Shown here: positions 39,101 through 46,713 of the stretch, piece after piece
Layout of the letters: each line of letters opens with the position of its first letter
How positions within the stretch are numbered: position 1 is the first letter of the stretch
Source of the DNA: Patescibacteria group bacterium
Lineage (GTDB): Bacteria; Patescibacteriota; Microgenomatia; UBA1400; PJMF01
Assembly (NCBI GenBank): GCA_045541795.1
Contig: JAZQJV010000003.1
Location: 1,623 to 65,622 of the forward strand
DNA length: 64,000 nucleotides
Direction: 5' to 3'
Position numbers and translations under genes: made by a program
Notes under the pieces: generated by a model
What the model saw: only the letters and a program-made list of their open reading frames with translations
Database searches by the model: none
What the model was told of the DNA's origin: nothing

Positions 39101-42100
39101 TAGGATTGTCACCGTAGGAACAGACACCATCAGCAAGCGTACCTGCGTAGCGCCACACTTGCCAGCTAGACTCATCAATGCCGGAGTCATTGGTGCCATC
39201 GTCAGTAGCTCTAGTGAGCTGGAGATCAATAGTTTGGCTGTCACCCTTCTTGAGATAGCGGCCAGTGTAGCCGAGCGAGCCACCTTGAGGAGCTTGGTTA
39301 TCGGCGATGAGGGCGATCTGGCAAGAGTTACTCAAATCATTACCGTAGGTGAAGGTGGTAGTGGCAGGGTTGCGGCTGCCAGCGCCAGTAGACCAGGTGT
39401 AGGTACGATGGTAGACACCATTGCTGCCAGTATACGATGCTTGTGACCAGGCACTATCTGAGCCTGCCAGATCAGCATAGCCGATACCGGTGATGTTACC
39501 AGCACTGTCGTGACGGATACCGGAGATTGGTTCGTCCACGTGGATTTCCCAGTCAAAACTACTGCCGGAGGCGAAGCTATTAGCGTTGTAATAGAGTGTT
39601 GGCTTTTCGTCTATGGTGGTGGCGTACTGATAGCCGGGATTGGTACCCTCATTGATGATACAAGTAAGGCTAGGATTCTCCTCGTCCACGTGATTTGCGG
39701 GAGAGGTGCAGGTGGCAGTCTTGCCGGCGCGATCGGTGACAGTGACGGTACAAGTGGCGCCGTCTACCGCATCAGCAGTACAAGTGAAGCCGGGAGTGGT
39801 GCCACCATCTGGCAGTGTGCCGTAAGAAGCAGCGTCATCCACACCTGAGTAGGCGTCAGCATAAGTCTTGAGTCTAAAGGCTTGCTGGGCGGCAGTACTC
39901 TTGTAAGGATATATTTCTACCGGTTCCCAGTCAGCGGGATCATTGCTACAGGTGGGCGCAGTGCGGTCGATAGCGACTTCACACACGCTGGAGCGGGTGA
40001 CATTGCCGACATGATCCTCAGATACCAGGCGGTAGGCATAACAGGCGCCATCAGAGGTTGTTTGCGTGTAGCGATCTACACTGCCGCCAGTGCCGTCAAT
40101 CTTGGTGTAGGCGGCGTCAGCCGAACTGACGGTATTGCCGGCGTCGTAGTAGCAGCCGCCGTCAGCATTATTGAGGTGGCCCACGGCGCGCTCGATATAA
40201 GTGAGACTATCGTCCACGGTAGAGAGCGCATCTGTGCCGTAGCTACCGATGACTGTGAAGTCGGCGACATCTAAGTAACTGCCAGCGCTACCGGGACAGG
40301 TGGTAAAGGCTACGCCAGTAGGACCATCGCCGTCAAAGGTGAGATTAAATGAGGTGGGCGCGGTGACGCTAGAGTTGGTGACAGCATTAATACTCACACC
40401 AGCGACTGAGGAGCCATTTGTCGGGAGCGCGTAGGTGTAGTAGTAGTGATTAGAGCCAGCATTGGTGCCAACATTGTAGGCAGTCTTTGCGAGGTTTTGG
40501 AAGTTGACATAGTTAATACCGGCGACATTATCAATCGCTTCCACGGTGACGTCGATGTTGGCGGCAGACGGATTGCGGCCGTAGTAGATGGTGCTGACAC
40601 TATCCCAGTAGACTTGGTCGACATCAGATACTGAGTAAAGATTGTTGCTCGGCACTGAGGTGGAGACCTTGATACTATTGCTCGTGGTGAAGATGGACTG
40701 ATTGCCCACCTGGTCGGTGACCACAAAGCGGTACTGATAGCAGGTGCCGTCTGCGAGTGTATCCGTCACACTAATGTTGCCGGTCATGCTGGAGAAGTCA
40801 CGAACCCAATTGCCGGCGCCAGAATAATCCTGAGCCGGAGTGGTCCAAGCTGAGGAGCTGTAGTCACAGTTGCCGCTGCTCAAGGTGGCAGTGCGGCGCT
40901 GGATGGTGAAGGTCTTGATACCAGCCTTGTCATCACTAAATTGACCGACATTCACACCGAGGTTGACTGATTGGCTACCAGTGGTGCTGGTGTAGCTATC
41001 GGCATAACCCGGAGCAACACCAGTAGGTGCGGTGTGATCTTCATAGACCGTCACCAAGCACTGAGCGGAAGGAGTTTCGGCGACAGGATCATTGATGTTC
41101 CAATAGATCTTATTAGCAGCGTCTACTTCTGATCCAGTGGTAGAGGTATTCCAGTTGTATGTGCGGCCAAAGATGCGTGGTGCTGAGGGGCTAAGCGGTG
41201 AGGGACGATCCACGATGTAGGCGGCATTGGAGACGAGCTGTGGATAACTGATACGGTCGACACCGCCGGCGGGCATGCCGCTGATCGTATTGGTGAGGAC
41301 AAATGAACCGCCGCCAGTGGTAAATTCGGTGCTGCTGCCAGAAGTGCTGGCGACATAAGGATTGTAGTAGAGCACTGAGTCGCTGGAGCGGTAGTAGTTG
41401 TAGTAGGTGACGCCGCTAATGGCGCTAGTGTAACTGTCACCCGTGAGACTGCCGATAGTACAGCTGAGGGTGTAGCTGTTGGCGTCTACGGTATTGAGTG
41501 GAGAGCGACAAACAGTGGTATTACCGGCGTTATCAGCGATCGTGAGGTCAGCGTAGCCATCGCCGCCGCCAGTGGTGGTCGGTATCGTAGTGGACTGACT
41601 GCTGGTAGCCGTGGTGATGCCAGAGCCGCCTTGATCAGTGTTGCTGGCGAGCGTAGCGTTGTAAGCATAACCTGAATTCCATGGTAAGGAGATGGCGCCC
41701 GATTGAGTGTGACTGGTGATGCTAGTATTATTACTAGCGTAAGTCTGACTCCAGCTATTGAGACTCACCGTCCAGGTACCACAGACCGGATCAGTGGTGT
41801 CTACTTTGATGAAATTGGCTGACGCTACTGAGCCTTCATTACCGACGTTATCCGAGACACGGATTTGATATTGGTAACATTTACCAGTGGTCTGGGGGAC
41901 GATGACGCTGACACCATTAATTTGGCCGGCAGAGTTGGTCCAGCTCACGCGCGAGGTATCTGTCACTTGAGTATAGGCGCCCATAGCGGTACAGTTGCCG
42001 TCACTGAGTGTGCCGACACTTTCATAGAGAGCCCAGCTGTTTTCGTTTATACCGCTGCGATCATCGGTGGCAGTGGAGCGATTGAGTGACAAATTGACAG

Positions 42101-43856
42101 TATAGCTGGAGTCTTGATTGAGGTAGGCGGTGGTATAGCCAAGTGAGAAACCAGTGGGCGCGGCAGCGTCAGCGTAGAATGTGAGATCAGAGCAGACCGC
42201 ATTTTGGCCGCTGCCGCTGGTAAGGGTGACTTGTGGATTAGCATCTGTACTGGCACCGCTTGTCCAGCTGTAGGCCGAAGTGAAGAGCTGATCGTCGCTG
42301 GTGGCGGAGATTACTGATGGCGTATTTGTCCAGACATTAGCACTGCCGTCTACGTCGGCAAAACTAGCTTGCGCAAGAGATGAAGGTAAGCTGGTGACCG
42401 AGCTTGCCAGCTGTGCTTTGACATCGACGATACCAGCTGTACCGGACTTATAGTAGCCGGTGGTACCGGCGGCAGACGGCAGGTAGACATTACTGCCGGT
42501 ATTAGTGTTGGCCGAGAGATAGCAGACAGGCGTGGGCGCGGTGGTATCTACACGGTTAAATGGCGAGCGACACTCGATGGAGTTGCCAGCATTATCATAG
42601 ATGGTGACGGTACAGGACGAACCGTGAGCACCAGCAATATTGCTGGAGCAGGCGTAGGAATTACTAGCGAGACCCGACTCACCGACATCATATGTAGAGT
42701 CGAGGGTCATCGTGGCGGGATAACTGACGCCGAGATTCCATGGAAGTACGCTGACGCCGCTAGTGCTAATGGTATCGCTGGAGGCGTTGGATTTGTAAGC
42801 CACGGTGTTGACCGTCCACGGACTCTGACTGGCAGTGCCGCAATTGGGATTTGTCCAGTCGATGATGAGTTGATTATTGAAGGAAGCGTAGCCAGGTGTA
42901 TTTGAGTACAAATTGTTATCAACAATTTTTATTTCTACATAACCAGCAAGACTGTCAGTGCCAGATTCTGGTTGCACGCTGTAAATACCTTCATCCAGGC
43001 CGGCGGCCAACACTTCCGCATACGTGAAATTTAGGCTCCAAGCAGCCGCTGTGCCATTACTAAGGTTACTGAGGGTCTTGGTGATGGTGTGATTATTTTT
43101 GTCGGTGAGGGTGACGGTGATAGTAAGGGTCTGATTGGTGTCGCCGTCGGTATAGGTACCGGCAAACGTAGCACCGCTAGTTTTGTTTAAAATCAAATCA
43201 CTGCTGTTGACGGTGATAGTCGGATCAGTATTACAGTCTGTGGTGAGTGTGTAAGGATTGTCTACAGTACCCAGTCCGTCACCGCCGTTGACCACGCATA
43301 AATTAGAACATTCATCGTCGACACAGTTGAGTTCGATGACGGGATAAGCATCAAGATCGCTGGTGGCGGCCACGGCGGTGCTCGCATCGCCGCTAGAATA
43401 GTTGATCTGATAGAGATTATTGCCGTTGGCAGTTCCCGTCCACGCATTGGTAGTATTGGGTAAGTAGTTATTGCCATAGCTTGTAGTGCCAGAATTGATA
43501 CCGGTCTTATAACTTTCTTTACCAGCATTCCATTCTGACTGAGTGACGAGGCGCATGTAACTGGGATAAGTGCTACAGTTGTCTAGTTTTTTGACCCAGT
43601 TGGCGTAGTCAGAACCGAGGGCGGTCTGCAAATAACCGGTGGAAGTACTATTATTAAGTGATTGCTGGAGCGTAGAACCGCACCACGTAGAACTTGCGGA
43701 AGAGTTGTATTGGACTGCTTGTGCACGTCTCGTGCCGGAAACACTGAGCGTCAGGATTGCCAAAGCGATTACCAAACGTGTAAATAGTGATTCTGCTAGT
43801 CTGCCAATTTTTGCTTTCATACTTTTTAGTTTCTGCGTATCTTTTAATACGTGCAA
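30132..43856 (-). CDS. giant (4574 aa) S/T-rich cell-surface adhesin-like protein with signal anchor and ~10 tandem modules (Cys-rich ~75-aa domain plus Ig-like regions)
   Basis: The N-terminus KIGRLAESLFTRLVIALAILTLSVSG is a signal anchor. The motif K(V/I)D(T/L)TAP(V/T)CG(T/S)W...SGI...C(T/S)T...G(A/D)TC(T/D)VTI(S/Y)D.AGN...C.SP.N.VD...P.L(T/A)C recurs at least 10 times. Confidence 0.7.
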   Translation of the reverse strand: MHVLKDTQKLKSMKAKIGRLAESLFTRLVIALAILTLSVSGTRRAQAVQYNSSASSTWCGSTLQQSLNNSTSTGYLQTALGSDYANWVKKLDNCSTYPSYMRLVTQSEWNAGKESYKTGINSGTTSYGNNYLPNTTNAWTGTANGNNLYQINYSSGDASTAVAATSDLDAYPVIELNCVDDECSNLCVVNGGDGLGTVDNPYTLTTDCNTDPTITVNSSDLILNKTSGATFAGTYTDGDTNQTLTITVTLTDKNNHTITKTLSNLSNGTAAAWSLNFTYAEVLAAGLDEGIYSVQPESGTDSLAGYVEIKIVDNNLYSNTPGYASFNNQLIIDWTNPNCGTASQSPWTVNTVAYKSNASSDTISTSGVSVLPWNLGVSYPATMTLDSTYDVGESGLASNSYACSSNIAGAHGSSCTVTIYDNAGNSIECRSPFNRVDTTAPTPVCYLSANTNTGSNVYLPSAAGTTGYYKSGTAGIVDVKAQLASSVTSLPSSLAQASFADVDGSANVWTNTPSVISATSDDQLFTSAYSWTSGASTDANPQVTLTSGSGQNAVCSDLTFYADAAAPTGFSLGYTTAYLNQDSSYTVNLSLNRSTATDDRSGINENSWALYESVGTLSDGNCTAMGAYTQVTDTSRVSWTNSAGQINGVSVIVPQTTGKCYQYQIRVSDNVGNEGSVASANFIKVDTTDPVCGTWTVSLNSWSQTYASNNTSITSHTQSGAISLPWNSGYAYNATLASNTDQGGSGITTATSSQSTTIPTTTGGGDGYADLTIADNAGNTTVCRSPLNTVDANSYTLSCTIGSLTGDSYTSAISGVTYYNYYRSSDSVLYYNPYVASTSGSSTEFTTGGGSFVLTNTISGMPAGGVDRISYPQLVSNAAYIVDRPSPLSPSAPRIFGRTYNWNTSTTGSEVDAANKIYWNINDPVAETPSAQCLVTVYEDHTAPTGVAPGYADSYTSTTGSQSVNLGVNVGQFSDDKAGIKTFTIQRRTATLSSGNCDYSSSAWTTPAQDYSGAGNWVRDFSSMTGNISVTDTLADGTCYQYRFVVTDQVGNQSIFTTSNSIKVSTSVPSNNLYSVSDVDQVYWDSVSTIYYGRNPSAANIDVTVEAIDNVAGINYVNFQNLAKTAYNVGTNAGSNHYYYTYALPTNGSSVAGVSINAVTNSSVTAPTSFNLTFDGDGPTGVAFTTCPGSAGSYLDVADFTVIGSYGTDALSTVDDSLTYIERAVGHLNNADGGCYYDAGNTVSSADAAYTKIDGTGGSVDRYTQTTSDGACYAYRLVSEDHVGNVTRSSVCEVAIDRTAPTCSNDPADWEPVEIYPYKSTAAQQAFRLKTYADAYSGVDDAASYGTLPDGGTTPGFTCTADAVDGATCTVTVTDRAGKTATCTSPANHVDEENPSLTCIINEGTNPGYQYATTIDEKPTLYYNANSFASGSSFDWEIHVDEPISGIRHDSAGNITGIGYADLAGSDSAWSQASYTGSNGVYHRTYTWSTGAGSRNPATTTFTYGNDLSNSCQIALIADNQAPQGGSLGYTGRYLKKGDSQTIDLQLTRATDDGTNDSGIDESSWQVWRYAGTLADGVCSYGDNPTPTQITPTQTFTAGVLTNLTATDILASGRCYKYELRVSDLVGNQAVFPANIADAAEIKVDTTAPVCGTDWDPAAGTDSWDVAPEVFKLYYNDGADHAAAGSYDTYSGVESVAGYEVCTAAAVYGATCDVTISDRAGNTTTCTSPINRVDNGEPTLACTITLDSGANALLVGNSTVYYNPSRGVGNFYLNAANVSSSESGVDSVEFPALADTAAETVTPTTAGQSSFTKTYNWTTTNNTQLYNQPVTMNFNNDVVLTCQVSAVADSQAPTGPDLGYLTQVTNKAGSNIEVSLGTAKSQITDAGVGINNWIFQYERVALGENDSCPFAGDYTDAADTHFTNISDAIADADLPDGTLTVNMNITDSSCYRYRVLVTDKLGNVGVISTANYYIVDSGRPSIAISNVSQPSGVYFDNVDTIYYAKPTVSTALILTADASAGEGYAISNVAFQDLTGEGTSSDTDSPYMRTYTLPVGSTTSYADRAITAYTNSEPVSSANTHFNVTYDGAGPSDVAFTTCPSTTSEYLTANSFAIKGSYGSDALSGLDLTSSFIEGQSGTFTNGACSYSGDYTRVSDYAATDYSVAGATDGCYRYRLVAADNVGNLTRSAVCEVKVDLTDPVCGTWEPEEVTVWNRANVGQRFVLSDSTDTTSGINVAGGECTTGVANGDTCTITISDNAGRTSVCRSPINKVDTNIYDLTCSLPADIAGDYWYPTMRASKPTLYFNPSSAASGTWRLTASMSQSPSSGYRTPLTFSAIAGGWTSSNYTESGLDIYQDYTWTTAGATGNANTTVDITYGNGQAAQCTVAVLADSASPVGSSLDYGTVYVGQDTAKTIDLKLTRGRDLASGIDETSWSVYKSVGTLAGDTCSDYSSFTAVPASELQYTTVNDQVTGISIAIDQDADYASGRCYKFQLRVSDMVGNTASVTSSGEVKIDLTAPNCGATWQPDPSPWKNTAVGQTFELLDSIDALTTMSASYYSCTTEASSSATCWVDIADVAGNTARCQSPANRIDLANPDVTCGLVSGTGTQYLISDKNLLYYNPAKGSGTFRVVATADEQPRSGIAYAYFPALAGSNEHYATQSASVTTPTVFTRDYAWSSTSTRSSENELVWVTYGNYNSNTCSVSVIADSTAPAGSAPKYKNIKYGIPGARDVKLGITAADFADDGAGLATLEIQRIKGTLGTDNVCTDWQDWGSSDMVSFGANDYTSYGSGIMSVNDDLQDMSCYRYRVVATDRVDNVSIFTAENVIMVNSNLPEIYITSVTPTADDIYYFDEASTIYYGPNSNARGAQVTTTARTNSTAVGAGITQVLYENFDRTSSTRYTYPTPTTPTYQDHFYEFTGLTSTMTDMILQAVNTTDDTNEAYFDVIYDSEGPQDVAFTACPSGWQATDNFTIAGSYGTDRLSGNDNTSENGSHIERAVVPLLANGTCDTASAVFAPVGSVGDTTYQETDASEACYIYRLVARDHVRNETSATCTVKVDLNNPTCGSWTPAEVNPWNTSGGQTFILAGSSDSGSGIKVSGGECATGDKTGDTCTVSIYDHAGRMSVCTSPVNKVDGDTPELTCTITEGTAPQYQYATTVGTLPTLYYNNGEASSGASINGSFLLGVKLDEPSSHITSKQFPVLAEGWTAGSQTSASGHYTQAYSWVQGAAGSERASVKFAYGNGTSGQCNVAIIPDHTAPVDGSLGYATAYINQASTHTVNLGLTRPTDSGSGIDEDSWTVWRSEGTLSGGTCSAYGAYSEVSAGLTTTDGKVTAIATTDTLESGKCYRFQVRVSDNVGNIATIASPNEIKVDTTAPVCGTTWDPAQVPWKNTAANQTFTLYGSTDTGSGIGASSFTCSTVNAIDGETCDVTIYDQAGNTATCTSPTNNIDDEVAALTCQVSPVSGTSYLPDDSTIYYNPSLSAGNFTVRTTAASVPSSGIAKVNFPALAANTAAESSRSATGNPRVYERNYTWDTTTRRDDSNSSVTMTFGNNNTSSCQVSAIADPDNPIAPASLTYATGVTNRAGSRELALGLGKSSVTDSGSGIKSWTIQRATGVATYTGDGTGDVSVADYTCNYECSEAEGCSDYATINTYDDAYLTADAIVANDTLVDGKCYRYRVLVTDNVSNTAVITSTNSFIVDTNVPEISIDSITSTSENFYYDGATTAYYAPTSGSNVTVLATATGGSSGTISSTAFQNLNDATTVAGIPGADINTYYRVYYLNDSNKTVYADRLALANNGLRAASTDFTLVYDDQAPAGRITTCPAGAQNSSSFSIKVDYGADPESTVSGITYSGSGLDTASSYLVQQIGTLAGGACSYPADLTADCADTSDSCSIVATGGVTNHAVSGAATNTCYRYLLVSTDKVGNQATTTSTASGDTCQIAIDLEAPTCGSWDPAEVNPWRTSGGQPFTLVGSSDAGSGLSSGLVTTCTTAATTGSTCSVTLTDRAGNTKVCQSPENKVDPATPALTCTLTPVTNTDYQHQAGSDTLYYSSYDYAASTGRTGSFQLTTQLAEPDSGITSVYYPPFNANWSLTPAGTGTHEGGAGTYTKTYAWAEAAESTGSGTIVYTYGNGTTASCRINVINDQTAPSFSLGYTDQYVTNNGAINLQLTGVSDTQSGINDSTWRVERIMGTTVTTGNTSSCDLTGAAYEDTAFTYSAGTLTATANMTNGHCYRYRVSVADNVANITTVTSTQTVYANFEAPVCGTWTPADPVDWKSVSNQQLFVLTDSDGGVSGMAQDSYSCTAVAVHGATCQVTITNNVGVSTTCTSPANRIDLAAPTLEVTPAVPGWTSTRQNIDVTAVDTLSGLARIAYAWNENSLGDSCTGGTTIASGSNIGITIDEGQHTLYVCAVDNVGHVSTFTDTYYYASMPSYIDLIDNVADGELTWNVRLVPTNDDILIEGYIPAMSVPKNFTITLAINGTSIVKTIDVSTIAGEQTGFTFAIPVEEFGLTLTNYTFPGPHTVTIRDNDSGMSVTKNYNISFYFPIYNTLHRANSSAYMYADNPDLNP

Positions 43857-44059
43857 TCATTTTAACACGTCAGCGTCCATTTTGCAACACCATTTTGGGG
43901 CAATTTCCGCCTGGTAGGCAAACTGGCCTACAAGTAAATTGTAAGTTACAATGTGAGTGACATTTTAAGTTTTTTTTGCTACCGTACTACTTTGTCCAAA
44001 TCATTCTTCACTAGTGCACACCGTTTCCGAATACAATTTCTTGTGGTATAATCGGGCGT

Positions 44060-45421
44060 ATGACAAATTTCTGCACTAAATTGCAACTGCGCGCGAAAAT
44101 TTTATGGCTTCGTTTGGATATTTTCGCGCGCACTCACTACTATTCATTTTGGTTACTGCTTTTTATTTTCTTGCGGCTTACAGTAATTTTTTTACCTGGC
44201 CCCGACTACAGTGATGTCACTCATTACTATGAGCGCTATGCCAATATTTGGCATTACGGCAATCCGCCGTATACGCACTGGGTTTTTGAATACGGGCCGT
44301 TGGCCGCACTCGTGATTTATCTGCCGCTTTTGGCGGATTTAATGGGGGCGGGAGCCTACTACGTCAATTATAAATTACTCAGTTTTCTTTTTGAGTTGGG
44401 GATGTTTATGGGCCTCACCTGGTATAATGACAAGCGTAAAAATGCCGAGACATGGCCGCTTTTGCTCTATTTGATGCTGACGACGTGCGCCAAAAATTGG
44501 TTGTATGAAGGTATCGACATGATTTTTTGCAGTTTGGCCGTGGGCGGGATTTTAGTTTTAGCGAGCACACATAAATGGAAGAAGATTTTTAGTTGGATTT
44601 TGTTGTGGGCGTCGACAGCGGTGAAATTTTTGACGCTACCGCTGATCGCGCCATTTTACTTAATTACCAGAGGAAAATGGCGTGAAAGTTTACTCACTTT
44701 TACCCTTACTTTTTTACTCATTTGGGGCGGGCCACTAGCCTATTACCGCTCAAGTTTGAGTGTGCCTTTCATTTATAATAGTGGCCGCACGATCAAATAC
44801 AACACCATCACTCATTTAATACTGCGTACGCTCAACAATATCACGCACACAGAAGTGCAGTCGCAGGAAGCGCCGGATTATTCTTTCCAAGGACCGGCCA
44901 GTAGCATGGCAGCAAAAGTTTTAACTCTGCTCTACCCGATCAGTTTACTGGTGATTTTGCTGGCGCAGCTGCTGATAATCTATCACAGCGAGACAGGAAA
45001 ATGGCTGGATAAACCGGGTAAAATGTGGAGCTGGCTGTGGCGAGCGAGCCATCTGAGTGACGCTGATAAAGTTCAGCTGGCAGCATGGTGTTATTTTAGT
45101 TATTTTATGGTGAGCTTTTTTACGGCCAAGATTTTTTCTAATCCTTTTTGTCTGTGGATGCTGCCACTGATCGTCATTTTGGATTGGCGGGAAGAAAAAT
45201 GTCGGCGGCAATTTGTTTTTTGGCTGAGCATGTGGGCGATTTTGGAGCTGACGCCATTTTTGACGGCGAGCTTTTGGCGGTTGCAAAGTTTTGCTTGGTT
45301 CCGCTTTGAGCTTTTTGAAGTCAGCTACGGCTGGGTAAAGTGGCTGTGTGTAGCGGCAACGGCGTGGTGTGGGATGCGAGAAATGATAAGCTGTACAAAT
45401 ATAGTTACTAAGGTGGAATAA
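44060..45421 (+). CDS. polytopic membrane protein, GT-C-fold glycosyl/mannosyltransferase-like (DUF2029-like) candidate
   Basis: 453 aa with more than 10 TM helices. It is divergent from the giant surface-protein gene. The ATG is about 7 nt after TGTGGTATAAT (leaderless). Confidence 0.45.
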   Translation: MTNFCTKLQLRAKILWLRLDIFARTHYYSFWLLLFIFLRLTVIFLPGPDYSDVTHYYERYANIWHYGNPPYTHWVFEYGPLAALVIYLPLLADLMGAGAYYVNYKLLSFLFELGMFMGLTWYNDKRKNAETWPLLLYLMLTTCAKNWLYEGIDMIFCSLAVGGILVLASTHKWKKIFSWILLWASTAVKFLTLPLIAPFYLITRGKWRESLLTFTLTFLLIWGGPLAYYRSSLSVPFIYNSGRTIKYNTITHLILRTLNNITHTEVQSQEAPDYSFQGPASSMAAKVLTLLYPISLLVILLAQLLIIYHSETGKWLDKPGKMWSWLWRASHLSDADKVQLAAWCYFSYFMVSFFTAKIFSNPFCLWMLPLIVILDWREEKCRRQFVFWLSMWAILELTPFLTASFWRLQSFAWFRFELFEVSYGWVKWLCVAATAWCGMREMISCTNIVTKVE

Positions 45422-45428
45422 TCTTTTT

Positions 45429-45475
45429 CCTTCCCTATATAGGGAAGGGGGACCAACTCGTGAGAGTTGGTGGAA
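45429..45475. terminator. two consecutive hairpins (CCTTCCCTATATAGGGAAGG and ACCAACTC-gtga-GAGTTGGT)
   Basis: Perfect palindromes between the GT-C-like gene stop and the DUF559 gene start. Confidence 0.35.
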
Positions 45476-45483
45476 AGGTACCA

Positions 45484-45906
45484 ATGATTGTTTACGACTA
45501 TACTCGAAATAAATCAAGCCTTCTCTATCACAGGAAAGCACTACGTCATCATTCAACTGTATGCGAATGTTTATTGTGGAGAAAATTAAAAGGAAGACAA
45601 TTACATGGTTACAAATTTCGAAGGCAGTACAGTTTAGAAAATTGCATATTTGACTTTTACTGTCCACAATTAAAACTGGCTATTGAACTTGATGGAGCTC
45701 CGCACTTTTTTAAGGAAAAATACATTCAGGATCGCAAACGCGATGCTTATTTTCTCAGTAATTATAATATAAGTACTCTCAGGTATGAAAATTGGCAAAT
45801 ATTAAGCGAAATAGACATCGTCATTAATGATATCTACAAACACATTCAGTTGATTGAATGTACCTCTCCACCGTCCGCAAGCGGACTGTCCCCCTCTCCT
45901 ATGTAG
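45484..45906 (+). CDS. DUF559 (Vsr-like endonuclease fold) domain protein
   Basis: CECLLWRKLKGRQLHGYKFRRQY...IFDFYCPQLKLAIELDGAPHF...DRKRDAYFLSNYNISTLRY matches the DUF559 pattern. The C-terminal residues are encoded by a hairpin region. Confidence 0.55.
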   Translation: MIVYDYTRNKSSLLYHRKALRHHSTVCECLLWRKLKGRQLHGYKFRRQYSLENCIFDFYCPQLKLAIELDGAPHFFKEKYIQDRKRDAYFLSNYNISTLRYENWQILSEIDIVINDIYKHIQLIECTSPPSASGLSPSPM

Positions 45907-45939
45907 GAGAGGATAGGATTACGTTTTATCGTTTTTCTG

Positions 45940-45966
45940 CTGGCAAAAACCCCGCCAAGGCGGGGT
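45940..45966. terminator. intrinsic terminator (A-tract, CCCCGCC-aa-GGCGGGG, T-rich) serving the minus-strand gene 45987..46619
   Basis: ggcaaaaaCCCCGCCaaGGCGGGGtaaaacattt. Confidence 0.4.
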
Positions 45967-45986
45967 AAAACATTTCGTCTTACAAA

Positions 45987-46619
45987 TTACTGCGTGATTT
46001 CGGGAGCGACAGGCTTTTCAGCGACGCTGTCGTCACTGTGAGTGCCGTTTGCTCGGGCAGTGGGCGTTCTTCGCCGGCGCGGCAGCTCTACCATATAGTA
46101 GCTGCGCGGCTGGATAATCCACGCCAAAAGAAACAGCCCAGCGATCACAAAAAATGACAGCATTGAGATGTCTGGGATCATAACAGCAAGTACACTGCCG
46201 TCTTCTCCCAGCTTGATTTTGCAGTTGAGTAGGAAGAAGAACCAAATCCCGTGTGCCAAGACCTTCAAAACTAATGCGCCCAGATCCAGGACATCGCACC
46301 AAAAAATATGCGACGTGAGATAGACCCGCTCCACGTGGTGGCGGGAAAGCGCATAGGTGATGATACCGAGTGCCAGCAAACTGATCGCTGTCAGCTGTAA
46401 ATGCAGCGTCGGCACGCCAGCGAAGAAATTGACGATGAAGAAGATTTCACCATCTTGCACGCAGGCATCCAGCGCTAGCAAGCTCGCAACAAACCAGATA
46501 ACTGCCAACGTAAGCCGAGATAACAGACACATTAAACCTTTGAAACAATAAACCATTATAACGCAACTCCTTTGTGAGTGATTTTTGGCCGCAGCACGAG
46601 TAAAAAGACAAAATGTCAA
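45987..46619 (-). CDS. hypothetical membrane protein (start uncertain)
   Basis: Several TM helices (WFVASLLALDA, LLALGIITYAL, VIAGLFLLAWII) and a basic C-terminal tail. Confidence 0.4.
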   Translation of the reverse strand: MTFCLFTRAAAKNHSQRSCVIMVYCFKGLMCLLSRLTLAVIWFVASLLALDACVQDGEIFFIVNFFAGVPTLHLQLTAISLLALGIITYALSRHHVERVYLTSHIFWCDVLDLGALVLKVLAHGIWFFFLLNCKIKLGEDGSVLAVMIPDISMLSFFVIAGLFLLAWIIQPRSYYMVELPRRRRTPTARANGTHSDDSVAEKPVAPEITQ

Positions 46620-46713
46620 AGAACTCGGTCCGCAGACCGTACCGCCAGCCGTTTGCTTTCAAAACGGTAGCAATATAGTGTTTATTATATCATTAATCAG
46701 TGCTTTTGTCAAG

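Noticed and set aside
30186-43917. Dozens of 60-280-aa plus-strand ORFs inside the 4574-aa gene
   Set aside because: They are antisense to a single uninterrupted 13.7-kb ORF with a clear modular protein repeat structure, and are typical spurious antisense ORFs in GC-biased coding DNA.
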